A stretch of DNA of 64,000 nt from Candidatus Latescibacterota bacterium. GTDB lineage: Bacteria; Latescibacterota; UBA2968; GCA-2709665. Below, piece by piece: positions 19,229-29,081 of the stretch. How positions within the stretch are numbered: position 1 is the stretch's first letter; every line of letters starts with the position of its first letter. The notes beneath the pieces were generated by a model. That model ran no database searches, was not told where the DNA came from, and was given only the letters and a program-made list of their open reading frames with translations. Position numbers and translations under genes: made by a program. The stretch spans positions 3,424,001-3,488,000 of the forward strand of contig OZ241917.1 of assembly GCA_965203805.1 (NCBI GenBank), read 5' to 3'.

Positions 19229-20802
19229 ATGGCCAACCGGAGGTTTGAGATGTATCAGTATCGCCAGGTATTGACGCGTATGCGGTTGGGCGATTCGGAT
19301 CGTGCGATCGCCCGTTCCGGGTTGATGGGTCGGCGGAAGGCCGGCGCGCTTCGTGAAGTGGCAGGCCGTGAGGGATGGCTGGACGCTTCCAACGTGTTGC
19401 CCGATGATGCCACGCTGGTGCAGGTGGTTCAGGTTCCAACCTCGCGGCCTCAGTCGGCCTCGTCGGTTTTGCCCTACCAGGACAAGGTGACAGCTTGGTG
19501 GCGTGAGGGTATCCGGGGTACCGTCATCCACCAGGCGTTGGTGGACACCTACGGCTATGCTGGCTCGTATGCTTCCATCCGTCGTTTTCTCCAGCAGCTC
19601 AAAGACGCTCATCCCGACGTCACCACCGTGTTGGACTTCGATCCGGGCGACGTGGCGCAGGTGGACTTCGGGCGGGGTCCCACGATAGAGGACGTCTTCA
19701 CCCACCAGACCATCGCGACGTGGATCTTCGTGATGGTACTGGCCTGGTCTCGCCACCAGTATGCCGAGATCGTGCCGGACCAGAAGGTCGAGACGTGGCT
19801 TTCCTGCCACAGAAGCGCCTTCGAGTTCTTCGGCGGAGTCCCGGCACGCGTGGTGATCGACAACCCCAAAAACGCCATCACCAGGGCCTGCTACCACGAT
19901 CCGGAGGTGCAGCGCGCCTACGGCGAGTGCGCCTGCCTGCGTCCCTCGGACAGGCAGGCCGAAGGCTATGGCTTCACCATCTCCCCGTGCCCCGTGCGAG
20001 ACCCGAAGAAGAAGGGGCGCGTGGAGGCGGCCGTGAAGGTTGTCAAGCGCAGCTTTGTTCCCCTGCGCCAGTTCCGTGACATCAGAGATGCCAACCGGCA
20101 GTTGCAGGACTGGATCCCGGGGTGGCCGGTAACCGCATTCACGGCACCACCCACGAACGACCCCTGACACGCTTTGCACAGACCGAGCGCGAGTTCCTCA
20201 AGCCGTTACCCGCCATTCCACCTGAGCAGGCGGCCTGGGCCAAGGTGAAGGTTCACGGCGACTGCCACGTCCAGTTCGAGAAGTGTCGATACTCCGTGCC
20301 CTATGCCCTGGTGCGCCAACAGCTCTGGTTGCGGGCCAGCCCAAAAACCGTGAGGATCTACCAGAACCACAACATGGTGGCCGTTCATCCCCGTAAAAAC
20401 ACACCTGGTGCACGCGCGACCGTTACCGAACATCTGCCGCCAGAGGCGCGCGCTTTCCTGATGCGCGATCCACAATGGTGCCTCAAACAGGCACAGCGTA
20501 TCGGTCCTTCCTGCCACCGCCTCATCAAGACCCTCTTCTCCGATCGCGTGCTGGACAACCTCCGCGCGGCGCAGGGCATCATCCGACTTTCCGAACGCTA
20601 CGGCGCAAGGCGCCTTGAGGCCGCCTGCGACCGCGCCCTGGCCTATGACAACCCCCGCTACCGGAGTGTGAAGAGCATCCTCGAAAAAGGTCTGGACCAA
20701 CATAAGCATCCAGACGAGACGTCCACAGACCCGCACACCCTCGCGTCAGCCTATACGGGAGAGGGACGTTTCTGTCGCGATGCCACAACCCTCTTCAGCT
20801 AA
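19229..20802 (+). pseudogene. istA: IS21 transposase IstA, frameshifted near 20120, with in-frame 27-bp insert at 19932-19958
   Basis: QVDFG, IDNPK and KGRVE in ORF 19229-20167; GNRIHGTT...YSVP continues in another frame (20122-20802). Confidence 0.88.
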
Positions 20803-20821
20803 AAAACGGGAGAACAACAAA

Positions 20822-21601
20822 ATGAACCCCATGCCTGAACTTGCCCCCATGCTCATAAGACTGCGCCTGTCCGGCATCCTTGAGACTCTGCCTGCCAGAA
20901 ACCAGGAAGCCATCGACAACAAACTCGCTTACAGCGAGTTCCTCGCCCTGCTTGTCCAGGACGAGGTCGCACGCAGAGAACACAAAAAGTTCAACCTGCG
21001 CCTGCGACGCGCGGGCTTCCGCGGCGAGAAAACCCTCGAGGGCTTCGACTTCGCCTTCAACCCCGCCATCAATCAGGCCTTCATCAAGGACCTGGCCACC
21101 TGTGCCTTCATCAAGGAAAAGGTCGCGGTACTGATTGCAGGACCCTGCGGCACTGGCAAAAGCCACATCGCACAAGCCCTGGGACACCTCGCCGTCAGAG
21201 CCGGCTACGACACCCTGTTCACCACACAAACCAAGCTGTTGGGACAACTCCACGCAGCCCGCGCCACAGATACCTTCCAGCGGCGCTTCCACAATGTTGT
21301 CAAAACCCCGCTGCTCATCATCGATGACTTCGGCCTCAAACCCTTAACGCCGCCACACGACGAGGACTTCCACGACCTCATCTCTGAACGCTATGAACGC
21401 GCCGCCACCATCGTCACCTCTAACCTCGACTTCTCCGAATGGGGCGACGCCTTCACCAATCGACTCCTCGGTGCCGCCACCCTCGACCGTCTCAGACACG
21501 GCGCCTATCGCGTCATCCTCGACGGCGAAAGCTTCCGTGCACCTAAACCCCTACCACAATCACCAAAAAAACACCTTGGAAAGGAGGCCCAAGAACACTA
21601 A
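20822..21601 (+). CDS. istB: IS21 helper AAA+ ATPase IstB
   Basis: GPCGTGKSH, LLIIDDFG, TSN, ATLDRLRH. Confidence 0.96.
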   Translation: MNPMPELAPMLIRLRLSGILETLPARNQEAIDNKLAYSEFLALLVQDEVARREHKKFNLRLRRAGFRGEKTLEGFDFAFNPAINQAFIKDLATCAFIKEKVAVLIAGPCGTGKSHIAQALGHLAVRAGYDTLFTTQTKLLGQLHAARATDTFQRRFHNVVKTPLLIIDDFGLKPLTPPHDEDFHDLISERYERAATIVTSNLDFSEWGDAFTNRLLGAATLDRLRHGAYRVILDGESFRAPKPLPQSPKKHLGKEAQEH

Positions 21602-21914
21602 TTATATGCCCCTTCCGAAACCCTGAAATCGACACTTCCAGGTGGCTCCATTATGCCGATCATGGGTGGCCTCATTAGGGCGATCCGTGACAAGTGAAGA
21701 CGGTGTTCCGAAGGCACGGATTGCCCGACAGTTGGGCGTCTCACGGCAGACGGTGTATAACCACCTGAACCGTGAGGGGGTGTTTCGCAAGGTGAGGGCG
21801 CCACGCGCCACGAAGCTGGATGCGTATAAGGGCGTGATCCGGACGCGTCTGGAGCAGTTCGATTTGCCCGGGACGGTGCTGTTGCGGGAACTGCGTTTGC
21901 AAGGCTATACCGGT

Positions 21915-22192
21915 CACCGGTCTTACGCGACCTCTCCCCCCGGCCCCCTCTCCCGGGGGGAGAGGGGGAGACAACCAGGAGACGCGTCCGGTGGTGTGGA
22001 AGGGGCTGTTGTTCGCGTCAAAAACCGCCGCTCACCATCAGCCACGAACGCAGTTCCAACGGGTGTATATCCGCCGGCAGGCGACCTGTCAGGACACGAT
22101 GGAAAAACCGCACGAGGACCAACCGGTTTCCATTCTTCCTTTTTCGTTCTTCCTTTTTCATTCTTCCCTTTCCCGTCTCACCTGGGAGAGGG
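21915..22192. repeat. Mosaic repeat island (CCCTCTCCCGGG hairpin, family C)
   Basis: gttccaacgggtgtat...cacgaggaccaacc shared with ~23765, ~25600 and ~46360 (reverse). Confidence 0.75.
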
Positions 22193-22522
22193 TTAAGTCT
22201 CAATGTCCAACGCGACGGCGAGCGCATTGTCGAGTTCGCGGACCTTATTGGGAGACAGGGTGCCGATAAAGCGGGTCAACGCGGACTTGGGAATGCTGAC
22301 CAGTTGGTCGCAGAAGATGCTGCTGTCATGCTTCAGGCCTTCGTTCGCCCCCACGGGGACCTGGGAGGAAAGGCCGTCAAAGGAGGAAAAGACCGGAGCA
22401 CAGACAACGGTCGAGAACTTCGAATCGATGAGAGCCTGGCGGCTGACGATGACAAAGACGCGATAGTCCCGGGGGTCCTCGCGCGACCCCTTATAGACCC
22501 TGTAGAGTTCCCCGCGCGTCAC
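22193..22522 (-). CDS. mazF: PemK/MazF-family toxin
   Basis: MTRGELY...RVFVIVSR...STVVCAP...[13 protein letters not shown]. Confidence 0.9.
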   Translation of the reverse strand: MTRGELYRVYKGSREDPRDYRVFVIVSRQALIDSKFSTVVCAPVFSSFDGLSSQVPVGANEGLKHDSSIFCDQLVSIPKSALTRFIGTLSPNKVRELDNALAVALDIET

Positions 22523-22758
22523 AGATGGGCCTGATAGGCAAGCACGTCATTCGCTTCATCGTTGAATTGCGACGCCTTGCGGTCGAGGATTTCCGCATCC
22601 CGGGAATCCCGAATCCTTCTTCTCAATAGAGCAACATATTGCTTCAACGCGGCCTCCAGGAACGCCGATCGGTTCGTCGGCGTATCGGGCGCACTCAAGA
22701 GGCTGTCCATCTCCCGGACCAGCCCTTCGGACAGGGTAATCGAGGTTTTGATTTTCAA
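22519..22758 (-). CDS. Ribbon-helix-helix antitoxin
   Basis: TTG start after GGAGG; KTSITLS...[10 protein letters not shown]; 4-bp overlap with the toxin. Confidence 0.85.
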   Translation of the reverse strand: MKIKTSITLSEGLVREMDSLLSAPDTPTNRSAFLEAALKQYVALLRRRIRDSRDAEILDRKASQFNDEANDVLAYQAHL

Positions 22759-22839
22759 CGGGACCTCCTTCACCAAATGCAATGGGTAGTATATTTATCT
22801 TACTAAAAGTAGTATAAATGGAGGCTTTTATCAAGAAGA

Positions 22840-23880
22840 TTGGCTATCGGCTTTCAGCAGTCAGCCATCAGCAATCAGCTTGAAGCAAGAGCGAGAATCA
22901 GCTCACACAAAGACACGAAGACACAAAGAAAACCAAACCAGAATCCAGCAGTCAGCTAAAAGCAAAAACGAAGACCAACAAGCCGCAAATCAAATTCAAC
23001 ATCCACATCTCCCCAAATTCCCTGCCTACGGCGTGTTCCTTTTGAAGCGACCAAAAGGAACCAAAAGTCGCCACTGGGCGTGGGGCCTGCTATATGCATT
23101 GCGCGAACACGCTCACAGGATACACGGGATACGCTGGCCTGGCACCCTGCGTAGCACGTCGGGCCGCGTCGCTGGACGGAACCGCGCGCTCTGCTCTGGG
23201 TGCCCTCCGGTCGGGAAATGCTCTTCGTAGACCGATGAGTGCCTTGATGATGAGCACAGCGGTTAGCTCTCAGCGATCAGCGTGAGTCAAGAGCGCCCTC
23301 ACCCCCAACCCCGCAGACCTCTCCCCCCTGCCTGCCGAAAAACCACCGCCAGGCAGGGACCCTCTCCTGTGAGGAGAGGGTAACGAACGCCACGCGATAG
23401 GATCCCGCTATCCCCCTTCCTTGCAGGAAGGGGGATAGCGGGTAGGTTGGTGGGGGTGGGACCGGAAGCGCATAATTGTCAAGATCGCAAATGCATCAAA
23501 CCTCGCGCAGTTCACTCAAGCGCACGGCGGTGTGGAAGGGGCTTTTCCGCGCGAGTCCGTCCAGCAACGTCGTGCGGGAATGCCTGCGAGGGTTTCAGGG
23601 CAACGTCTCCCGGTGTCTCCACTGAAGCGGTTCGCGGAAAAGCAGCCCCGCGGCGTTTGAGCGGCACGCTTCTTTTTGGTCCTTTTTCTTACGTGGATAA
23701 GAAAAAGGACGAAGAGAAAATGAAAGTTGGTGGGAGAGGTTAAGTTTCGGTCCCCCAGGAGGTTAGTTCCAACGGGTGTATGTCCGCCGACGGGCATTTT
23801 TTCGGGATGTTATGGACAATCCCCACGAGGATCAACCCGTTTCCGTTCTTCCTTTTTCCTTCTTCCTTCTTCCCTTTTAC
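22840..23880. repeat. Large mosaic repeat island (families E, partial B, D, C)
   Basis: Blocks match ~32840-33030, ~25220-25340, ~28770-28985 and ~22050-22170. Confidence 0.85.
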
Positions 23881-24851
23881 GTCTCCCCGCCTTTAACCAT
23901 CGGTCCCATCGCCTGGATGTGCTCCGGGCCGGTCGCGCAGCAGCCGCCGATGATTTGCGCGCCCATGGCCTTCCACTGGCCGGCGTACGCGGCAAGCCGT
24001 TCGGGCGTGTTGTCGCCCCACTGCAGGATTTCGGCCGGCCCATCCGGAGATTCCGCGGATTCCAGGGGCGCGAGCGGACGATATCCGATATTCGGATACG
24101 CGCCAACGCAGCCGTCGAAGGCCTGCCTGAGTAGCGGAAGTCCGGCCGAAACCTCTTCCGGCGCCGTGCACATGATCAGGACCCCGGTGACGCCACGAAA
24201 GCCCAGCGCGTCGACGAGGTCCTCAAGGCGTTCTTCGTATTGCATGGTCCCGTCTTCCCGGATATGCCGGATACCCAGAAACACCGGCAGGCCTGTCTCC
24301 GCGCACGCATCCGCGGCCGCCACGCAGTCGGCGATATGTCCGATGTACTCCACCCAGATCGCGTCTACGCCGACCCCGGCAAGCAGCCTGGCATGGTCGC
24401 CGATCTCCTTCCGGTACGCCTCGGCTCCCATGATGTCCACGTCGGGCGGGGTTCCTTCGGCGCGCCGCTGAAGACACGGCGCCGAGATCCCGCCGGCGAC
24501 AAACGCACCCGGCTTGACCGCATCGCGCGCGGCGATCGCGTTTTCCCCTGCCGCGCGGGCGTACGCCTCCCACCGGTCCCCGAGTCCGATGGGCGTCATT
24601 CGGGCAGGGCTCGTCCAGAAGTTGTTGCTGATGATGATATCGGCGCCCGCGCGGAGGTAGTCGGCGTGGACTTCCCTGACCGACTCCGGCGCGTCGATAT
24701 TGGCCGTGGCCGACCAGGCCTGGAGTCCGCCCTCGGCCGTTGCGCCTTTCAACACGTCGACGCCTCTCCGTTGCAACTCGGAGCCTGTTCCTCCGTCCAG
24801 GAGAAGCGTCTCCCCGCTCTCGATCCGATCCGCAATTCGTTTTGAAGACAT
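23877..24851 (-). CDS. Homocysteine S-methyltransferase family protein
   Basis: LLDGGTGSEL, HADYLRAGADII, IIGGCCATGPEHI. Confidence 0.93.
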   Translation of the reverse strand: MSSKRIADRIESGETLLLDGGTGSELQRRGVDVLKGATAEGGLQAWSATANIDAPESVREVHADYLRAGADIIISNNFWTSPARMTPIGLGDRWEAYARAAGENAIAARDAVKPGAFVAGGISAPCLQRRAEGTPPDVDIMGAEAYRKEIGDHARLLAGVGVDAIWVEYIGHIADCVAAADACAETGLPVFLGIRHIREDGTMQYEERLEDLVDALGFRGVTGVLIMCTAPEEVSAGLPLLRQAFDGCVGAYPNIGYRPLAPLESAESPDGPAEILQWGDNTPERLAAYAGQWKAMGAQIIGGCCATGPEHIQAMGPMVKGGET

Positions 24852-24869
24852 TTCTTCCTCCTTCTCGTA

Positions 24870-25770
24870 AGTCAGCGGTCAGCCATCAGCATTCAGCTTG
24901 AGTCAAGAGCGAGAATCAGCTCACACAAAGACGCGAAGACACAAAGGAAACCAAACCAGAAACCAGCAGTCAGCTTGAAGCAAAAGCGCCCTCGCCCCCA
25001 GGCCCGCAGACCTCTCCCCCCAACCCCCTCTCCCGGGGGGAGAGGGGGAGTAGAATCAGCCTGAAGCCGTCAGCATGAAGCGAAAGATTAGAATCAAATT
25101 CAACATCCACATCTCCCCAAATTCCATAAAGGCGGGGAGACGGGAGAGGTGAGACGTGAGATGATCACTCGCGGCCACGGGACGACGATATGGCCGGGCG
25201 AGACCTCCTCCCTGATGCGCAGACCTCTCCCCCCTGCCTGCCGAAAAACCACCGCCAGGCAGGGACCCTCTCCTATAAGGAAAGGGTAACGAACGCCTCG
25301 CGATAGGATCCCGCTTTCCCCCTTCCTCACAGGAAGGGGGTAGGTCTGAAAGGCGGGGAGAGGGAAGACGTGAGACGGGAGATGATATCAGTGCCTTATG
25401 GTTTTTCTTGATTGTTACGATATCGGTAAATAATCAGGCACGGTTTATGTAGAAACACAGCTGTAAATGTCTTCATCTACCGTCTACCCTCTTACGTCTC
25501 ACCGCCTTCAACTACCGTCTACCCTCTCACCGCTTTTTGAAAAGGACGAAGAAGAAAATAGTAAGTTAGAGATGTGAAGTTTGGGACCGCCCGGAACGCT
25601 GTTCCAACGGGTATCTGTCCGCCGCCAGGCGCCCTGTCAGGACATGATGGATAATCCCCACGCGGACCAACCCGTTTTCCTTCTTCCTTCCTCCCTCTCC
25701 CCTCTCACCGCCTTCAGGTTTTCATTCTTAATTCTTCATTCTTAATTTTTCCTTCTTCCTTTCCCGTCTC
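24870..25770. repeat. Mosaic repeat island (family B core plus family C)
   Basis: ~25095-25345 near identical to ~32440-32695 and ~28200-28435. Confidence 0.88.
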
Positions 25771-27031
25771 ACCGCTCCTGCGCCGGATCGGTTGCCGGTA
25801 GCGTAAATCGCACCCGATCGAACCGCCGCGCCATGGCCATCGCGCGGTCCCGGGCGCCCTCGGGATCCCGTTCGCTGAGCACGTCCAGAATACAGCCGGC
25901 GATTTCGGGGGCGTCCGACTCCGTCATGCCGTACCGGGTCACCTCCTGCACGCCGATTCGCAGGCCGTGCCTGCCCAGCCCCTCCGGAGCGCCGGCCGCA
26001 TTGACGAGAATGTGGCACGCTTCCAGCTTTCTGACCAGCGGCCCGCTCTCGCCGAACGCATCCACGACTGGAAGCACCGTGTGCGATTCCGTATAGCCCC
26101 GGTCGGCGCCCACCAACGGCACGCCCTGTTCGTGGAAGGCCCGGCCCAGCGCTTTGGCATTGCCCACGATCGCATCCGCATGCGCCTCCCCGCACGCCAT
26201 CCACTCCAGGAACGTCCCCGCGAGCGACGGCAGGCGGCTCAGGTGATGGTTGGCGATCATCAGCGGGGATATGGCTTTCGCTATCCGCTCCGCGACGTCA
26301 CGGTCGTTGGTCAGGACCATCCCCCCCTGCGGCCCGGCCAGCGTTTTGTGCGTGCTCGTCACCATTGCGTCCGCGCCTTCCGCCAGGGGAGACTGAAACC
26401 GCCCGCCCGCAATCAGGCCCATCACGTGGGCCGCGTCGTAAACGAGGAACGAACCGGGACAATAGCGGTCCATCGCCTCCCTCAGCTCCCGGACGGGCTG
26501 GGGAAAGAGGAACTGCGCCGATCCGATGCTCACCAGCGCGGGACGGTGCTCGCGGATCAGCGAAACCGTGCGGTCCAGGTCGATATTGGAATTCAACCCG
26601 TCCCATGGGATCGGAATCGAATTCAGATCCACCTTCAAGCCGGAGTTCGCCAGCTTCGCGGCATACATGTGCCCGTTATGCGCCTCGAGCACCGTATCTC
26701 CAGGACCGGCAAGCGCAAACAGGGCGATCAGGCCGGCGATATTTCCGGACAGGGGTCGCAGGTCCACGTACGCGGCTCCGAAGAGCTGTTTCGCCAGGTC
26801 CTGGGCCATCTCTTCGATCTGCGTCAGAAACGCATTCCCCGGGTACCCCCGGTTTCGCGGATCGATACCGGTATAGGAGCCGTACCTGTGGTCCAGATCG
26901 TTCACGATCAGCCGCTCCACCAGCGGGCTCGGCCGGGTCTCCGACGCAATCAGATTCAGGCAGCGTTCCCGAAACGTCGTATGCGCTTCGACCAGCGTAT
27001 CGATTTCCCGGACCTTGCGGGCGAAATCCAT
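25769..27031 (-). CDS. SHMT-like PLP enzyme (non-canonical GlyA paralog)
   Basis: LNLIASE, YDAAHVMGLIAG, STHKTLAGPQGG, GLRIG. Confidence 0.88.
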   Translation of the reverse strand: MDFARKVREIDTLVEAHTTFRERCLNLIASETRPSPLVERLIVNDLDHRYGSYTGIDPRNRGYPGNAFLTQIEEMAQDLAKQLFGAAYVDLRPLSGNIAGLIALFALAGPGDTVLEAHNGHMYAAKLANSGLKVDLNSIPIPWDGLNSNIDLDRTVSLIREHRPALVSIGSAQFLFPQPVRELREAMDRYCPGSFLVYDAAHVMGLIAGGRFQSPLAEGADAMVTSTHKTLAGPQGGMVLTNDRDVAERIAKAISPLMIANHHLSRLPSLAGTFLEWMACGEAHADAIVGNAKALGRAFHEQGVPLVGADRGYTESHTVLPVVDAFGESGPLVRKLEACHILVNAAGAPEGLGRHGLRIGVQEVTRYGMTESDAPEIAGCILDVLSERDPEGARDRAMAMARRFDRVRFTLPATDPAQER

Positions 27032-27044
27032 GGGAATTTCCCTT

Positions 27045-28091
27045 CTATGTTAACGCATCGATCAGGTCGACTTCGCTGTAAAGCAGCGCCCGCGCAAAGG
27101 CGCCCTGCCCCAGATAGTCGGGCGCATTCCACGCTCCGGGCGCGCAGTAACAGGCCGTCACCAGCCGCTCTCCCAGCCTCACGCTCGAGGGGTACCCCAG
27201 GTCGCTGTCGCCCAGGTCGTCGCATACGATGAACGGACCGCTCCAGCTCCGCCCCCCGTCTTTGCTCACCCGGGCCTGCATGCCGAACGGGTCGTGCCGC
27301 ACGCCGTAGACCATCAGGATCCAGCCGTTGGATAGCAGCGTGAGGTCCGCCGGGTGTTCCCGTCCCCCGGTCACCTCAAGCGGCGCATCCCATGTATGCC
27401 CAAGGTCCGTCGAACGGCACACCGAGATCAAGCCCCCATCGTGGACCGAACGCATTGCGGCGATCAGAACGCCGTCGCCGGTCGAAAGCAGCGCCGTTTC
27501 ATTGTATCCATCGGCAATAAGCGATGGGCGATCCCACGTCCTGCCGCAGTCGTCGGAACGCAGAATATACGCGCAATCGCCCGTGTCGTCTCCTGAAGGG
27601 GTATCGGAGCCGTAAAGGGGCAGCAGCATCGCACCGCCCGGCAGGGTGACGATCCTCCCGAACGCGGAGTGCTTCTCCATCCCCGCGAAGTCCAGGGGTT
27701 CGGAGTCTTGCCAGGTTCGCCCTCCGTCGCGGGAGCGGGTCTGGCGCATCTGCACCCGGCACAACTGCGGCATCCAGCTTCCGTCATCGCCATAGGACCC
27801 CTGTGCGTGGTACGCCAGCACAACCGTGCCGTCGGGCGCCACCCCCACCGCCGGATTCCGGTCGTCCGCACCGGAGTCGACGATCACGACCGGCGCTTCC
27901 CAGGTACGGCCGGCGTCGGGCGAACGAATCGCTTCCAGGCGGCCGGTAACGCCCACGTGACCCGCACCGGCGCGCACTACGGCCAGGATTTCTTCGCCGC
28001 CCACGCTGGCGAGTACCGGGAAATAGCCCCGGTCGCGGCAGATGAGCACCTCGGCGGCCGAAGGAAACCGGCGAAAATCGATCGTGTTCAT
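27045..28091 (-). CDS. BNR/Asp-box sialidase-family protein
   Basis: Repeated SxDxGxTW boxes, YFP motif, DLGYPSSV. Confidence 0.88.
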   Translation of the reverse strand: MNTIDFRRFPSAAEVLICRDRGYFPVLASVGGEEILAVVRAGAGHVGVTGRLEAIRSPDAGRTWEAPVVIVDSGADDRNPAVGVAPDGTVVLAYHAQGSYGDDGSWMPQLCRVQMRQTRSRDGGRTWQDSEPLDFAGMEKHSAFGRIVTLPGGAMLLPLYGSDTPSGDDTGDCAYILRSDDCGRTWDRPSLIADGYNETALLSTGDGVLIAAMRSVHDGGLISVCRSTDLGHTWDAPLEVTGGREHPADLTLLSNGWILMVYGVRHDPFGMQARVSKDGGRSWSGPFIVCDDLGDSDLGYPSSVRLGERLVTACYCAPGAWNAPDYLGQGAFARALLYSEVDLIDALT

Positions 28092-28109
28092 GGCAAAACC
28101 TCCAAAAGC

Positions 28110-28990
28110 GGGGAGAGGGGAATAGCAGCAGTCAGCGGTCAGCAGTCAGCCTTCAGCAATCAGCTTGAGTCAAGAGCGAGAATCAAAAACAAGAGTCAAA
28201 TTCAACTTCCACATCTCCCCAAATTCCCTGAAGGCGGGGAGACGGGAGATGATCACTCGCGGCCACGGGACGACGATATGGCCGGGCGAGACCTCCTCCC
28301 TGATGCGCAGACCTCTCCCCCCTGCCTGCCGAAAAACCACCGCCAGGCAGGGACCCTCTCCTATAAGGAAAGGGTAACGAACGCCTCGCGATAGGATCCC
28401 GCTTTCCCCCTTCCTCACAGGAAGGGGGTAGGTCTCGAAAGGGGTAGACGTGAGATGAATGCCCTATGGTCTTTCTCGTCGTTACCATAGTCGGTAAAGA
28501 AACAGGCACGGTTAGCGTGAAAACACTGTGGTAACGTTTTCATCTACCGTCTACCGTCTTACGTCTCACCGAATTTACGCGTGCCGGTCATCTATAGATA
28601 CTCTGATTGACAGGAAATCGCCACCCGGCACATTTGCATGCCCAGTCCATCGACCCGTCACCGTTCCCCCTTCCTCGCAGGAAGGGGGTAGGTTGGTGGG
28701 TCTTTAAACGCTCCAGCGCGCAGGAACATCGCCGTACGGTTCCTTGTAAGTTCCTATCAAGCGAACGGTGGTGGTGTGGGGGGTTTTTCCGTGCAAATCC
28801 GTCCAGCAACATAGTTCCGGCAGGGCTGGTCCGGTGACAGGGCACCCAAATTCCAATTGCGCCACTGAGGTGGTTCACGGAAAAACCGGCCCCGCGCCGA
28901 GCGGCCTGCCTGCGCCGAAGCCTGCTCGGCAGGCAGGCGCCGTTCTTTTTGGTCCTTTTTCTTGGGCGCACAAGAAAAAGGACGTAAGTA
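28110..28990. repeat. Mosaic repeat island (B+G+D), approximate inverted copy of 40610-41630
   Basis: Direct sequence comparison; includes 33-bp hairpin 28905-28937. Confidence 0.88.
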
Positions 28991-29081
28991 TAATATTAAT
29001 AACAGGTTATTACGAAAAAAATGACCTCGCGGACCCTGAGCGAAAAATCCCGTTGGTTTTATCCCCGCGTTTTCGGAGACA

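Larger units (their letters stand above)
19046..21692 (+). mobile_element. IS21-family insertion sequence with 5-bp TSD AGTGA
   Basis: Ends TGTTAATGATCGCCC / GGGCGATCCGTGACA, repeated gatcggcataatgaggcca-like boxes, AGTGA at 19041-45 and 21693-97. Confidence 0.95.
18853..21915 (+). pseudogene. istA: Older IS21-family remnant (left end plus istA 5' part) interrupted by a second IS21
   Basis: TGTCAA end at 18853; joining 19002-19045 to 21698 onward gives MILREMSMQIKYLSEDGVPKARIARQLGVSRQTVY...KLDAYK...LRLQGYTG, then cut by a repeat. Confidence 0.8.

Noticed and set aside
20100-20130. Programmed frameshift in istA
   Set aside because: Mid-gene position, no clear slippery heptamer, and IS21 istA is normally a single ORF; more likely a 1-bp deletion or sequencing error.
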